Shown here: one piece after another, positions 26,247 through 39,800 of the stretch
Numbering within the stretch: position 1 is the first letter of the stretch
How the letters are laid out: each line of letters starts with the position of its first letter
Assembly (NCBI GenBank): GCA_965285935.1
Contig: OZ260665.1
Coordinates: 18,166,001 to 18,230,000, forward strand
Length of the DNA stretch: 64,000 bases
Source of the DNA: Ophelia neglecta
Lineage: Eukaryota
Direction of reading: 5' to 3'
Made by a program: the position numbers and the translations under genes
Notes under the pieces: model-generated
Seen by the model: only the letters and a program-made list of their open reading frames with translations
Told to the model about the DNA's origin: nothing
Database searches by the model: none

Positions 26247-28615
26247 ATGGTTTATGGATTATGGTTTATTACAATTAATATAGCGCCCTTTCCAGGCAAG
26301 CCTCATCAAAGGCGCTTTTCAGTAGGACACTATAATACAGTAAGACAATCAAAACACTACATTTAGCAATAATTATAATCAAGTAGGTCAGTAATAATTA
26401 AAAAAATTAGAAATGCACACGCATTTATACATAAATAGTAACTGACTCGTGACTAAACATTAAAAGCTACCCTACACAAGTGGGTCTTTAGACTAGATTT
26501 GAAAGCGCCTTTTGAGGTTCTGACAGATACTGGTAAACCATTCCACAACAGTGGGCTGGCAAACCAAAATCTCCTTTCACCATATTGCTTGGTTCTGACT
26601 TTTGGAATCACAAGCTGATCTGTATTAGAAGATCTGAGATGCCTGTCACAGGCACAACGAGTGAGCAGGGCATTGACATGGCAATGGTCCCAAGCCATGC
26701 AAAGCCTTATACGTCATAAGGCCTGTATGAAAAAGGCAGTCAATGCAATTCACGAAGCCGAGGGGTGATACAGTCTCTAAATCTTGCTCCCGTGACCACC
26801 CTAGCTGCTGCATTCTGAACTCTTTGTAACTTGTCCAGAAATTTTGCTTGTTAACCTACGTACAAAGAATTAAGGCTGTCCAGCCTCGAGATCACTGATG
26901 CGTGGATGACGGTTTCAATGCATCCACAGATAGATAATTCTTTATTCGCCTAATGTTTCTCAAGCAAATATATGAAGATGCGCATACCTTGTTTATATGT
27001 CCAGTCAAAAAACCATCACTTTGAAATGTAGCACCAATACTTCTGGCCGATTCACTTGCAATTATGTCGGAATTACCAATTTTTATAGAACATACTGAGT
27101 TCGGTGTATGGCAGGACCTTGGGTACAACAACAAAAGTTCTGTCTTGCTATCATTGAGTTTTAAAAAGTTAAAAGCCATCGAATGGTGGATATCAGTGAT
27201 GAATTTTTCTATTTCATTGCACACCCTGCTATGAGAATCATGTGATTTGGTGTCAACAGACAATTACAGTTGTGTGTTGCTGGCACATAAATGGAAATCA
27301 ACATCATGCCTTCTCATGATGTCTCCAAGAGGCAGCGTGTACAAGGAAAACAAAAGAGGTCCTGGAACACTTCCTTGTGGAACACCAAAAAGTAATTTAC
27401 ACAGATCAGAAGACAAATTCTCACGTTCTGCACCCTGTCTGTCAAATAGGACCTAAACCACATCAGGGCTGTCCCATTAACACCTACTTTTTGTTCTAAA
27501 CTATCAACAAAATCTTATGGTTCACCGTATCAAATGCGGCGCTGAGAACCAGCAACACCAAAACACCACCCCTTTGATTATCCAGAGAATTAAGTATATC
27601 GTCCTGCACCTTAATTAGAGCAGTTTCGACACTGTTGAACTTCCTATATGCTGACTGAAGAGATTCATTAAAATTATTCTCATTCATATGCTTGATTAAG
27701 TTTTCAGCTACTAGTTTCTCAGCCATCTTTGACACAAATGTCAAGTTTGATACAGGCATGAAGTTTGAGAGCAATTCTTTGTTCCGTCCTGATTTTTTAA
27801 GTATTGGCTTGATGATTGCCTATTCCATCTTATCTGGCAATATACCTTTTTCCAAAGACAAATTTATGATTCTGGTTATGGCTGGAAGGAGCTCATCAAG
27901 TGTGTCTTTAACCAGCCATGTTGGCATTGGATCAAGCTCACTGGATTTGCTTTTTGCAGTGACTATCAATTTTCTAACCCCATCCACAGTTACCTGACCA
28001 AAAAAAGTTAGATTTTGACCTTGGAAAATAGGGCCATCTCCAGGTGTGCTACTACACTGGCAAGCTTTCCCAAGATCAGATTGAATCTTTACAATTTTGT
28101 CATCAAAAATCTCATAAACCTATTAGCTAGGGACATGCTACAAGAGTCATTTGCTAAAGGGGAGTTATTATTCCTATGCAACAGGGAGATTATCACATTA
28201 TACAAAGCACGTTGATCGTGGGGATTCTTTAGTATTCGGTCAGTGAAATGTTCAGTTTTTGCCTCTTCAATTAGGCCAATCAATATTTTTGATTGTGCTT
28301 TGTACATTTCTTCATGAACAGTGAGTTTAGTTCGTCTCCAGAGTCTTTCGTACTTCCTCAGACATCTTCTTGCATCACCTATAGCTTCACTGAACCACGT
28401 TTGTTTGGTTGCCTCCTAACACGTTTTGTCACAACAGGTGCACGTGCATTTATAATTGAATGCAACACACTGTCATATTCAGACACAAGTTCTTCAACTG
28501 AATTAACGTTACTGTTCAAATCTTTACCCAAACTACTGGTAGATCCCTGTATGTCTGCCTTCACTTGCTCTTACTTGACTATTGACTAGCTTTCCAATTT
28601 CAGGTTAACAATGTG
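26247..28615 (-). mobile_element. Decayed L2-clade LINE (ORF2 reverse transcriptase region, many frameshifts and stops)
   Basis: Collinear fragments [54 protein letters not shown] (27350-27390), NFLKLNDSKTELL, YGERRF..ASPLLWNGLP..FKSSLKTHL; L2-type 3' stem-loop AAGCGCC...GGCGCTAT and short-repeat tail. Confidence 0.9.
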
Positions 28616-29064
28616 TTCTAAGACATCCCATGTGACCATGTCAGGACCAATGAGGGCCCTTAGTACATATTGGGCATATATTAATATGTCATTTTTAACA
28701 CATCCCATGTATTAGTCAATATTAGTCCTAAATTCTTAGGCCTAACAAGATTTCCCTTTATGCAGGCGGACCCAAGTGAATGAGCAAGGCCAATGGCATC
28801 TATGAAAAAGAAAAAAAGTTTGCAAATATTGCTGAAAACTAAATGAAGCTCAATTTATGCAACTGTATTTGAAGGGGGGGGGGGGGGGTGCTGAATTGAG
28901 CCCACCATACATTGTGCAACATTGCAGAGGCTGTTTAGAAACAAGTAAACAAAATGAAGTTTTATGTTTCTGTTTATTTTCATGGCGATAGCACTGAACA
29001 CATGTCAAAATGGTAATCAAAATATATACAACCCCGGGGTCTGCAGTTCCCAAACAAATTGATA

Positions 29065-31052
29065 TGCATGATCGTTCCAAATTTTGGAGAAAAAAAGCTA
29101 TTTTTTCTTATGACCAGAAATCAGTGGAAAAGGAGTACTTTTCAAAGATGTTAACTGTCATTATTATGTCCATTTATATCTGAAGTGCAGGCTCCAGGCA
29201 TAAAACAGAAGTCTCTTGTGTGATCAGGGACAAGACAAAATTTACAAAAGAAGTAGTACACAAAGCAATAAAAGATAGGCTAAAAAAGCTATTTTTGTTC
29301 AATTTTTTTATTTCCTAACTAGCCTCCTAGTTAAAGAACATGTATATTGTATAGATGTTTACTGGGTTCCAACCTGTAACAAATAAAATTCCTAAACAAG
29401 TAAACCTAACTTCTCTGTTTATCATCCCATACCACCCACCCTAACTTCAGTGTTTATCACCCCATACCACCACACCACACCCAACATCTTTATGTTTATC
29501 ACTCACTCAATATCACATGACCCCTGACCTATCTCTTCTGTGGCTATCACCACATACCACCCACCCCTAAATTGTCTCTAGTATTTATCACCCCATACCA
29601 TGACAACCATACCTCAAATCTTCTGTGTTTATCACCCACTACCACCCTGTCCCTAACTTCAGTTTTTCATCCCATACCACCCCACCCCTAACTCAAAAGT
29701 TAGCCCATCTTCTGTCTTTCTCACCCCATAGCACCCCACCACTAGCCGCCATGTTTATCACCCCATAGCAACCCACTTCTAACTCAAAATGTTAAACCTT
29801 AAGAGGTGGTGGTAGATACTAATTCTATCTTCACCACTGTACAAAAATAATCAAACAGAAAACGTATGTTCATGAAAGCACCAACTTTTTGATTAAGAAG
29901 ACTGAACACTTTTTCCCCAAATATTCGCTAACACTCAACTCACAGAAGATCATGGTAAATACAGCAAACTGGGACACCTAGTAATCATTATGGCAGATAT
30001 TCTTTGTCTTAGAAATGCTGCATTTTAGCTTTGTTTCATGAGTACTGTTAAGGGTAGTGCATGATCGTTCCAAATTTTGGAGAAAAAAAGCTATTTTTTC
30101 TTATGACCAGAAATCAGTGGAAAAGGAGTACTTTTCAAAGATGTTAACTGTCATTATTATGTCCATTTATATCTGAAGTGCAGGCTCCAGGCATAAAACA
30201 GAAGTCTCTTGTGTGATCAGGGACAAGACAAAATTTACAAAAGAAGTAGTACACAAAGCAATAAAAGATAGGCTAAAAAAGCTATTTTTGTTCAATTTTT
30301 TTATTTCCTAACTAGCCTCCTAGTTAAAGAACATGTATATTGTATAGATGTTTACTGGGTTCCAACCTGTAACAAATAAAATTCCTAAACAAGTAAACCT
30401 AACTTCTCTGTTTATCATCCCATACCACCCACCCTAACTTCAGTGTTTATCACCCCATACCACCACACCCCACCCAACATCTTTATGTTTATCACTCACT
30501 CAATATCACATGACCCCTGACCTATCTCTTCTGTGGCTATCACCACATACCACCCACCCCTAAATTGTCTCTAGTATTTATCACCCCATACCATGACAAC
30601 CATACCTCAAATCTTCTGTGTTTATCACCCACTACCACCCTGTCCCTAACTTCAGTGGTTCATCCCATACCACCCCACCCCTAACTCAAAAGTTAGCCCA
30701 TCTTCTGTCTTTCTCACCCCATAGCACCCCACCACTAGCCGCCATGTTTATCACCCCATAGCAACCCACTTCTAACTCAAAATGTTAAACCTTAAGAGGT
30801 GGTGGTAGATACTAATTCTATCTTCACCACTGTACAAAAATAATCAAACAGAAAACGTATGTTCATGAAAGCACCAACTTTTTGATTAAGAAGACTGAAC
30901 ACTTTTTCCCCAAATGTTCGCTAACACTCAACTCACAGAAGATCATGGTAAATACAGCAAACTGGGACACCTAGTAATCATTATGGCAGATATTCTTTGT
31001 CTTAGAAATGCTGCATTTTAGCTTTGTTTCATGAGTACTGTTAAGGGTAGTG
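29065..31052. repeat. Near-perfect head-to-tail duplication, 993-bp period
   Basis: 29065-30057 and 30058-31050 are the same sequence with only ~4 differences seen by eye; each copy contains a TTTATCACCCCATACCAC minisatellite. Confidence 0.95.
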
Positions 31053-31320
31053 ACATTTTTTTGTTTTTACATATGACTCATGTTTGCTGTTTAAAGCCAC
31101 ACCAGTGTAATTGTTCCATTCGTGGAGTTCATGGAAACCTTTTTCCTCTAGCCCAATGTTTTCAAGTTTAAAGTAGCTAAATGTTAGCGCCGTGGTTTAT
31201 TGCAAATATGTATGATGCTTCATGAGTTTGCAGCGACTGTATTTTGAGATAGGAGCTGATGGGTGTTCCTTGGCTACCATCGGAGGATAACTGGGACAAC
31301 GCTGAGCAGTTTAAGTCAAA

Positions 31321-33757
31321 TCACTCCAGGATTGGAAAGACTTCATGTTCCGAGTGCTTCTTATACCCTCTTAGTTTCATCTTTTCCGCAGACCCCTCTT
31401 CATCGCCTGCTGATTCACTAGCGTTGTTTGTCTCTGATGCCTGTTCGTTATCAGGCTGACCATCTGCATCACACTGGTTTCCACTGTTTAATTGGTTCCC
31501 TGCCTTGGTACTGGTTTTGGAAGACTTTGGTTGGTCCGTTGATAACAGAGATGAATTTGTCTTTTTCAAGATTTCCTGCATAGTCAAGGCTTCTCCTAAA
31601 AATAGAAGAGAATGGATATCTATGTAAAAGAAAAACGAGTCCTGCATGCATGAAATGAGCAATAATTCGAAACACAGGCATTCAAATTTCTTTTTATTGG
31701 TTTAAATCCTTACAAAAAAATAAACAAATAAAGGTCTTTTAAATATTTTATACCAATAATTTTTTTCTATAGCTTCCTTGTTCAAAAAATATATACAGTC
31801 TGAAATATTCACTACAATAAACCTCCAAAATCAGCACATCAGAGCTGGATTGCTCTTTATTCAGGGAGCTTTAGTGGGTCAAGGGACCAAAAATCTTGCC
31901 CTTAATTCACAATTCAGAGAGGCCCTTAATTAACAGATGCCCTCTACTATAAGTCCCCTGTCACGTCTGGCAGGACTGAACAAAGGTACCCTCTGGGGGT
32001 TAGAAGGTGTTAGGTTTGAGGGAGTCTAATACCAGGAGGTATGCCATATCCTTCCTTAAGGCCCCGGGGGTTAGAGGGGGTTACGCAGTCCATATGGGTC
32101 TCCTTCCTAAGGCACTTGTCTATGTCAACAGCACTGAAAAAGGCCACAGACTGGAAAGAGAGAAAATAGTGCTAAATTTAGTTCAGTATGTATCAAACAA
32201 AGCAATACAAAGAAGCATAGTAACACACATATTAATAATAATCTATGAAGGAAACTATGGGATGGGGTGGAAGCTTGGAACAGCTGAAACTTGATTATAT
32301 ATATATGGGGCAAAATGCTGATTTGTGTAAATCTATCTTCTTTATCCCACACAGTACATTATTTCCCGTGGTTTAACCTCTACTGACATGTGGTAGGTTG
32401 TTCCTGCCCAGAGTACGTTATTTGCTTGTGCTTTAACCCCTACTGACCTGTGGTAGGTTGTTCATGTACACAGTACATTATTATTACCCTAGATTTAACC
32501 CCTACTGACCTGAGGGAGGTTGTTCATGTCCACAGTACATTATTTTCTTGTGTTTTTACCCCTACTGACCTGTGCTAGGTTGTTCATGCCCACAGTACAT
32601 TATTATTTCCTTGTGTTTAACCCCTACTGACCTGTGGTAGATTGTTCATGTCCACAGTACATTATTATTACCCTAGATTTAACTCCTACTGACCTGTGGT
32701 AGGTTGTTCATGTCCACAGTACATTATTTCCTTGTGTTTTAGCCCCTACTGCCCTGTGCTAGGTTGTTCATGTCCACAGTACATTATTTTCATGTGTTTT
32801 TACCCCTACTGACCTGTGCTAGGTTGTTCATGCCCACAGTACATTAATATTTCCTTGTGTTTAACCCCTACTGACATGTGGTAGATTGTTCATGTCCACA
32901 GTACATTATTTCCTTGTGTTTTAGCCCCTACTGACATGTGCTAGGTTGTTCATGCCCACAGTACATTATTATTTGCTTGTGCTTTAACCCCTACTGACCT
33001 GTGGTAGGTTGTTCATGCCCACAGTACATTATTTCCTTGTGTTTTAGCCCCTACTGCCCTGTGGTAGGTTGTTCATGCCCACAGTACATTATTATTACCC
33101 TAGATTTAACCCCTACTGACCTGAGGGAGGTTGTTCATGCCCAGTTTCCTGGCAAACATTGCCCTGGTCAGGAGGTTTGTGATCTGTAGGGCCAGCGCCG
33201 CACGATATCTGTCCTCACTCTGTACTAGGTAGCGCACCTGTGACAGGAAAATGGAAGGATTTTAGACTGATTTTACTATATTTTTAGACCTCTCCTCATA
33301 TAGCTAGAGTATGGATCAACACCAAATGTTATGTTTTTGGACATTCAATTTGTACTTTTCAATCAAGCATTTTCTATTAAATATAGCAAACATTGCAATG
33401 CAAAGGTAAGAATGATGTTCTTGCAATAATTTTGCTTGAGCAAAAGGCATACAATCTGAAAGACATACATCAATAATAAGGGAAAGGTCTAATCAAAGCC
33501 TATGATAGTTATCATATCATTGTATTATAAGTACATATGTTGGTTATCGTTTATTTTCTTTCTTAAAGAATGTTGATTCCCGTTACCTCATCATGTATGG
33601 AGATACAGAACCTTCCGTCTATGTTAAACTCTTCAAACAGCCATCTCATAGTGACTAACATCAGGTGGAGGTAGTCCACCGCAGAACTCTGTACTACCCA
33701 GTTAATACGACTGGTCATGAACTGAAAGGAAATACAAATTACACATCATACAGTCAT

Positions 33758-33789
<32 letters not shown>

Positions 33790-33850
33790 ACTACAAATTA
33801 TACAGCCATTCATAATCATCATCATCATCATCAACTACAAATTATAGACA

Positions 33851-33890
<40 letters not shown>

Positions 33891-36800
33891 ACTACAAATT
33901 ATACAGCCATTCATAATCATCATCATTATCAACTACAAATTATACAGCCATTCTTCATCATCATCATTATCATCATCATCAACTACAAATTAAACATCAT
34001 TTATCATCTACCTAGCATGATTCTGTAGATCTGATTGCTTCTTTGCACCAAATTCTAGCATAGACAACTCAAAACTTGAATACCCTGAAGCGGCTATACA
34101 AAATTTCTATTTTTGGAACTTCAGAGCTCCAGTGACTCCCCCCCCCCCCTTGCTTACCCCGGTGTGCATGGGTGAGCCATGTCCACTGTCAATAACAGGA
34201 ACATAGCGACAGCCACTGCACAACATGGTAGAGGGAGTTTACAGAATAAATACCTTACTTGATAGTCGAGAAAAGTTTTGGCTTCTTGCTTGGTAGATAA
34301 TAAATCATAACACCAGCCTGAGGTTTGAACCCCTGAGCTACATGTTTGTACTCCAGGTAAGGGAGCTATATGCCCTTCAGGTTTCAAGGCAAACAGCTCC
34401 CTAGCCAAGTGTATCCAGTGTAAATGGTAGTGTAACTAATATGAGCTAGCATATGCTGCAGTTTATATTGGAGTCCAGGTAATATTGTAGGAATTATGGT
34501 AATAGTCAATTTTTTTCCAGGTACGCCTAAGTAAGAGCATCGTATCTCACTGCACCACCAAAGCGTGGCCGAGTGGTTAGGGTGTCCGCCTAGCAAGTGG
34601 TAGATCCCCGTAGTGAATCCCGATGGCGACAAACCCAAGACATAAAAATAGGTACTGATAGCTCCCCTGCCAGGCGCCTGGTATTTCGGGGGTAGTATCA
34701 GGACTGGTCAACCTGGTGTCAGTATAATGTGACTGGGTGGGGTTCCCTGTCTGGTGTCTACGGCAGGTACTCCAGTGAGGCAGCACTCTAAAGAGGACAT
34801 TGAGCCCACTGTCACAAGTAGGCACTGTGGGTATAAGACCAGATAAGTGTTGAAAGCCACCTAAAAACCCCAAACAACCAACAAACCGTACCTCACTGCT
34901 GACGTTCTGTGGCTGCAGAGCCTTGCTGATCAGACATCCGAGGACCGGCGTACGAGGTTCTTCACTCAGGGCGATGCTCTCCAGCATGTTAAACATGTGA
35001 GACTCACTCCCGCCGTCCCACAGCATCTTAGAGCCCTTGGACTCCTCCCTCGGGACGTCTTCATCAGGCGGCGGCTTTCTGCCAATAACCAAAAAAACCT
35101 ATGTTTAGTTTTTTTATTTTATCAAATTGATGAAAATATACCTATTGTAGACAATAACTCACAAGTAGGTTGCCAAACAATTTATTTTCTTCAGTGTATA
35201 GGTCCTTGTTGCTAGTACATTCCATTCCATATTAATTCAGTACTGCAGACGCTGTATTAACTAACCCAGCGCCAATAAGAGTAGGAATCACAACACCAAG
35301 ACTCACATTGATATAGCCGGAAGTGAAGAATATTTTTAATGTGACCAAAACACGGAAATCGAGTGAGACATGGATGCGCCGGAAAGGACGACATAAGTAG
35401 TGTGGGACGCCTAAGGCTCTACCATGTTATGGACCAATCATTATAATATACTGGCGCAATATTTTTTTCCTTCCTCTGTACTTCTGAGGTATTTGTTAAT
35501 AGGGAATAACGATGGTGCTTAAGGCAAATTGAATTAAATGTCACAGATATAGTCTTTATAACGTGGAGGAGGGCGACGGGCACGAGCAGGGCGACCAGAT
35601 TTAACTGCGTCAGGAGCACCAGGTACTGGCATGGTGTCATTCGGAAGTGATGGTGGTACATCTGGGGCTCTGGGATCTGGGTCAATTTCCCTGGGTATAT
35701 GGGGAATAGGTGGAAGCATCGGTGGTGGCTCAGCGACAGGCTCCGCGTCGGGTTGGGTTTTGTCAATATCAGGTAGGTCCTCAAGGACACGGGGATCCTT
35801 TTCTTCGTCATCCTCCGGTGAGGGCATGGACGGGTCAGGAACAAAAGCCTTGTGTTCAAAGGAGGGAACCTTGAAGCAGGCAGATGTCCTCACCTTGTAT
35901 GAGAGGGCACGGAGTTGGTTGCCGACAAATTTCTGTATGCGACACCAATCGCCATCAACAGATGTAACGAGATATCTGTCACGGGCACGTGTCTTGGAGT
36001 ATTCCTCCCAGAGGTATATGAGATCTCCGACATTAATAACAGTTGGGAGTACTGGGCTAGCCTTCCCAGCCTTGGCTTTAGCGCTGGACGGATGGTTGCG
36101 AACACGGCTATCATGCTGGGCAGTGATGAGATCAGCATCAGACACAGGTATCGGCTGAAAGGTGAACTGTTCCCGATGAAGCCACATCTCGCGAGCAGAC
36201 AATCCACGAGATCGAATCTTAGAGTTAAGACTTCGCATAGCGATGGATAAATTGGATGAGGAAACTGGGCTGCGCTGTGGGTCGATGCGGGAAAGTTCTT
36301 GGTGAACTTCCTGTACCGCACGCTCTGCAACCGGGTTTTTATTAATGTTCTTCCTGTTGCCAACCTCGATAGTAACGTTTATTTGGGCTAGGCGCTGGTT
36401 GGTTGTTAGTGATGCAAATCCGGGAGCGGCATCAGTACGAATAATGGCTGGTGGACCTGCAAGAGGGGTCAGGTCAGCGCACATGTTGATCAAACCATCA
36501 CAGAGGTCATGAGCAGACTCAGAAGGCACAATACAGGCTGTGGTATAGCTAGTGATGGTTTCGCGGCAGATAAGAATATACTGGCGATGAGCTCGTAGGA
36601 CATCTGCGGCAAAGGACGTGCCAGGAATGGCGGGAGGGTCTTCTGTAGTCTGGGTAACATACCGGTCAGGGCTAGAACGAAGTGATGCACATTGGTGACA
36701 ACCATCAGTGACTGCGTGCACGGCCTTATCAAGGTCGAGTGCATGGAAGTATCTGTGGAAGATTTGCTTGAGTTGGTTATATGAGGGATGCTCCATCTTA

Positions 36801-39800
36801 AGGTGAATGGATGTAAGTAAACCACTCAAAACATGCCGCGGTACAACTATAAGTTGCTTGGTGGTTGAGAATGGCGATTCAAATGGTAAGTAAATCAAAC
36901 CATCGGTAGCAAGTTGACAAGATTGCAGATACCGTTTGACGTCTCGTATGTCTGTACTCTTGCGAGAAGGTCTCGTGCCTTGGAAAAGGTGAGCCTTCAC
37001 ACGTCGAAGGTCCTTACAATCGGCTTGGATGGTTGTCCAGGTGTGTCTGTTGGTGAATAGAGAGGATGACAGGTTCTCGGTAACGGTCCTGATCACGACT
37101 GAATCCTGTGTCTCACCTATGAAAGAACAAATTTGGCAGTGTGAGTCATTGCATGGCTGAGCATTGCGGCTTTGGAAGTCGCTAGGGAGGTTTTTGGAAC
37201 CAGCAAGATGAAGTAAGATCACCTGGTACTGGCTGAGAACAGACAAAAAGGTAGATACTCTCGGACTGGCAGAGAAAGCTCCCTTTTGTAGTTTGGCAAA
37301 TGCCTGTATGCATGGTTTGCTATCTGATAATACAGTTGTGGTATGAGCTGATTGCACAATGTATGGAGCAAAGTGCTTTACTGCTGAAGCTAGTGCGAGA
37401 GCTTCCAGCTCACAAGGGAGCCAAGCCTGTTGGTATTTTCTAAGTTTAGCACTGTATTATCCACCCACACGGATCTTTTTCCCTCTTTCTATGTACAAGG
37501 TGGCACCGAGACCCTGTGTACTTGATGCCGCGTCGGTGGCAAGCCAAAGTTTGTCTGTAGTGCGTGGCAAATAAACATGTTTGCAGTCGGAGAGAGTAGC
37601 TTGACACTTACCGAAGGCGAAAATGGCTAAGTCTGTCCAAGTAAGTTTATCACCATGAGTATGAGATGATACCAAGTCATCCAGGGGGCCCACCAGGGCA
37701 GCGCAGAATGGGAGCACACGGCCGAGGGCCTTCATAGAGCCTATGAATGATCGGAGACCAGAAATGGTTTCCGGACGGGTGCAGCTGCTGAGTGTAGATA
37801 CCACGTGGGGGGAGGCTGTAATTCCACCATTGGACCAACGCCATCCTAGAATTGTAGCAGATAAAGGTGCGATGATAGTTTTATGTGGAGACAAACGCAG
37901 GTTGCAATGATCAAGACTGTGAAGCAAGGCTTTGAAATTATTAAATAATTCCTCAGGAGAATTGCCTCCACAGTAAAGGTTGTCGGCAATTTTTGCGACA
38001 CATCCACTCATCAGTTGATCACCGAGCACACGCGACATGAGTTCTTCCAGAGCAGATTCGGAACCGGGCATTCCCATAGCGGCTCTGGTGTAAACTCTCA
38101 TTCCCCTAAAAGGTGTAACAACCCCACAATATTTCATGGAATTGTGTTCGAGAGGGATTTGATAATATGCACTTGTCAGGTCGGTGATGATTAAATAATT
38201 CCACTGAGCAATTTTTCTAAGTGTAGAACTGACATCCGGAAGTAAACTAGGTTGTGGTTTGCTGTATCGGCCTACTTCAGGAAAGGCCGTAACCAAGCGA
38301 TGTGATCCGTTTGGTTTCTTGACAAGAAAGCTGGGATTGACATATTCAACTGACACATTCATATCCTCAGGGCGAGCGAATATACCCAGGCTTTCAAGTT
38401 CATCGAACTTTTCTTGGAGCAATACTAGCTTATCTGAGCAATATTGTGGGAGGCGCCCTTTTCTCTGGGGAGGGAGTGTGGGCCCCATGTTGACCTTTGC
38501 ACTGAATAGACCCGCATTGCCATTGTAGCCCCCGTAATTAGAGTCAAAAACTGCATCATAATGTCTACAAAGTGAGTTGAAATTACCTTTCATATCCGGT
38601 GATAGGATATTGTCGGGATCGATGTGAATGAGAGCTGAGGAAAGAGAGGTCGACTCAGGGCTCGTGGTTACACGAATGGCTGATTCACTGGTGGTATTCG
38701 GGTCGGGGTATACATAATCTGAACCCGCTGAAATGGAACAGATATGAGTACCAGGTCGTAGGTTAATTGGGAAACCTACATTGTTAATAATAGCAACACG
38801 ACCCTTGCAAACTGGAGAACACTGAGGTTTTATGGTATTAAAATCGATGCAGGAGGACCCACCTTTCATGGTTTCAAACCTGGGCTCCACCATACACCAC
38901 TGGCCTTCCACGGTATCACTCGGGGCGGGTGTATCATAGGCCTCCCCAGGCCATAAAGTGATAGCTTTGGTCGGTCCACGTACAAGTGTAGCTACACGAC
39001 GGGTTTGAGGGGCTGTATCTCGGGACGGGGCATTTTCAAGAAAGTGAACTTTCTGGCCATTAGATAGGGTGATGGTCTGTGTTTTAGCACGGATAGTAAT
39101 ATCATTGTCCACGAGAAATGGGTTGCCTCCGAGGATAGGTGAACCCATTTGTTCAACCACAAGGGCATCAAAATGGAACTGCAATCCATAGCCTTTGAGA
39201 ACTATGTGTATTTCCCCGCGTACACTCATAGGGGTAACGCCATCAGCCTGGTTGGGTTGCTGATCAGTGTTAGGGTAGATGGTAGCCCCCAGAGACTTTG
39301 CAACGCTGTATTCAATCAGGTTGGACTCTGCGCCGCAATCCAGTAGTATGCGCATAGTGGCTGTTCCAAACCTGAGAGACAAATACGGAGAGCGCACAAC
39401 TCGTACGCGATTGATGTTAGTTGGGAGGGCCAATGGGCCATAAGCCTGGTTATGTTCAGGTTCCTCCCCAAAATCATGTATGCATACATCCTGTTCGGGG
39501 ATATCAAGATCCTCAATTTCCACTCCTCTGGCTCGAGTAATAAATGCACGGTCCTGGGCCGGTAGGTACTGACATTGACTAAGAAAATGGTCAGTATCAG
39601 GGCGGTGTGCCTGAATACACAGGGGACAGACACGAGTGGGACGTTGAGGTATTGGTGGTGCACGCCTGCGAGGCTGATACTGTGGTTCGGGTGGGTGATT
39701 TCTGCGGCGGGTATCTAGACGCATAGTATGTACTTCTTCCACAGCATTAACCTCAGCGAGGAGAGAATTGAGAGCTTGAGAGATCTCCGGTTTGATAGAA

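Noticed and set aside
31321-31662. Separate small gene at the 113-aa ORF
   Set aside because: It is the terminal POLG exon (acceptor at 31596, GEAL motif).
32345-33143. CRISPR-like array of ~60-bp period
   Set aside because: The inter-repeat segments are variants of each other rather than unique spacers, the unit derives from a POLG exon end, and the context is eukaryotic with no cas genes.
33665-33847. Poly-His/poly-Ile ORF
   Set aside because: Artefact of the (CAT)n microsatellite, antisense to a POLG exon.
34554-34640. tRNA gene (also 46160-46233)
   Set aside because: The tRNA-like heads continue into a shared ~250-bp body and simple-repeat tail, so they are SINEs.
37457-37459. Programmed stop-codon readthrough in the Gypsy ORF
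   Set aside because: The stop lies within RNase H, not at a gag-pol boundary; a point mutation or base error is simpler.
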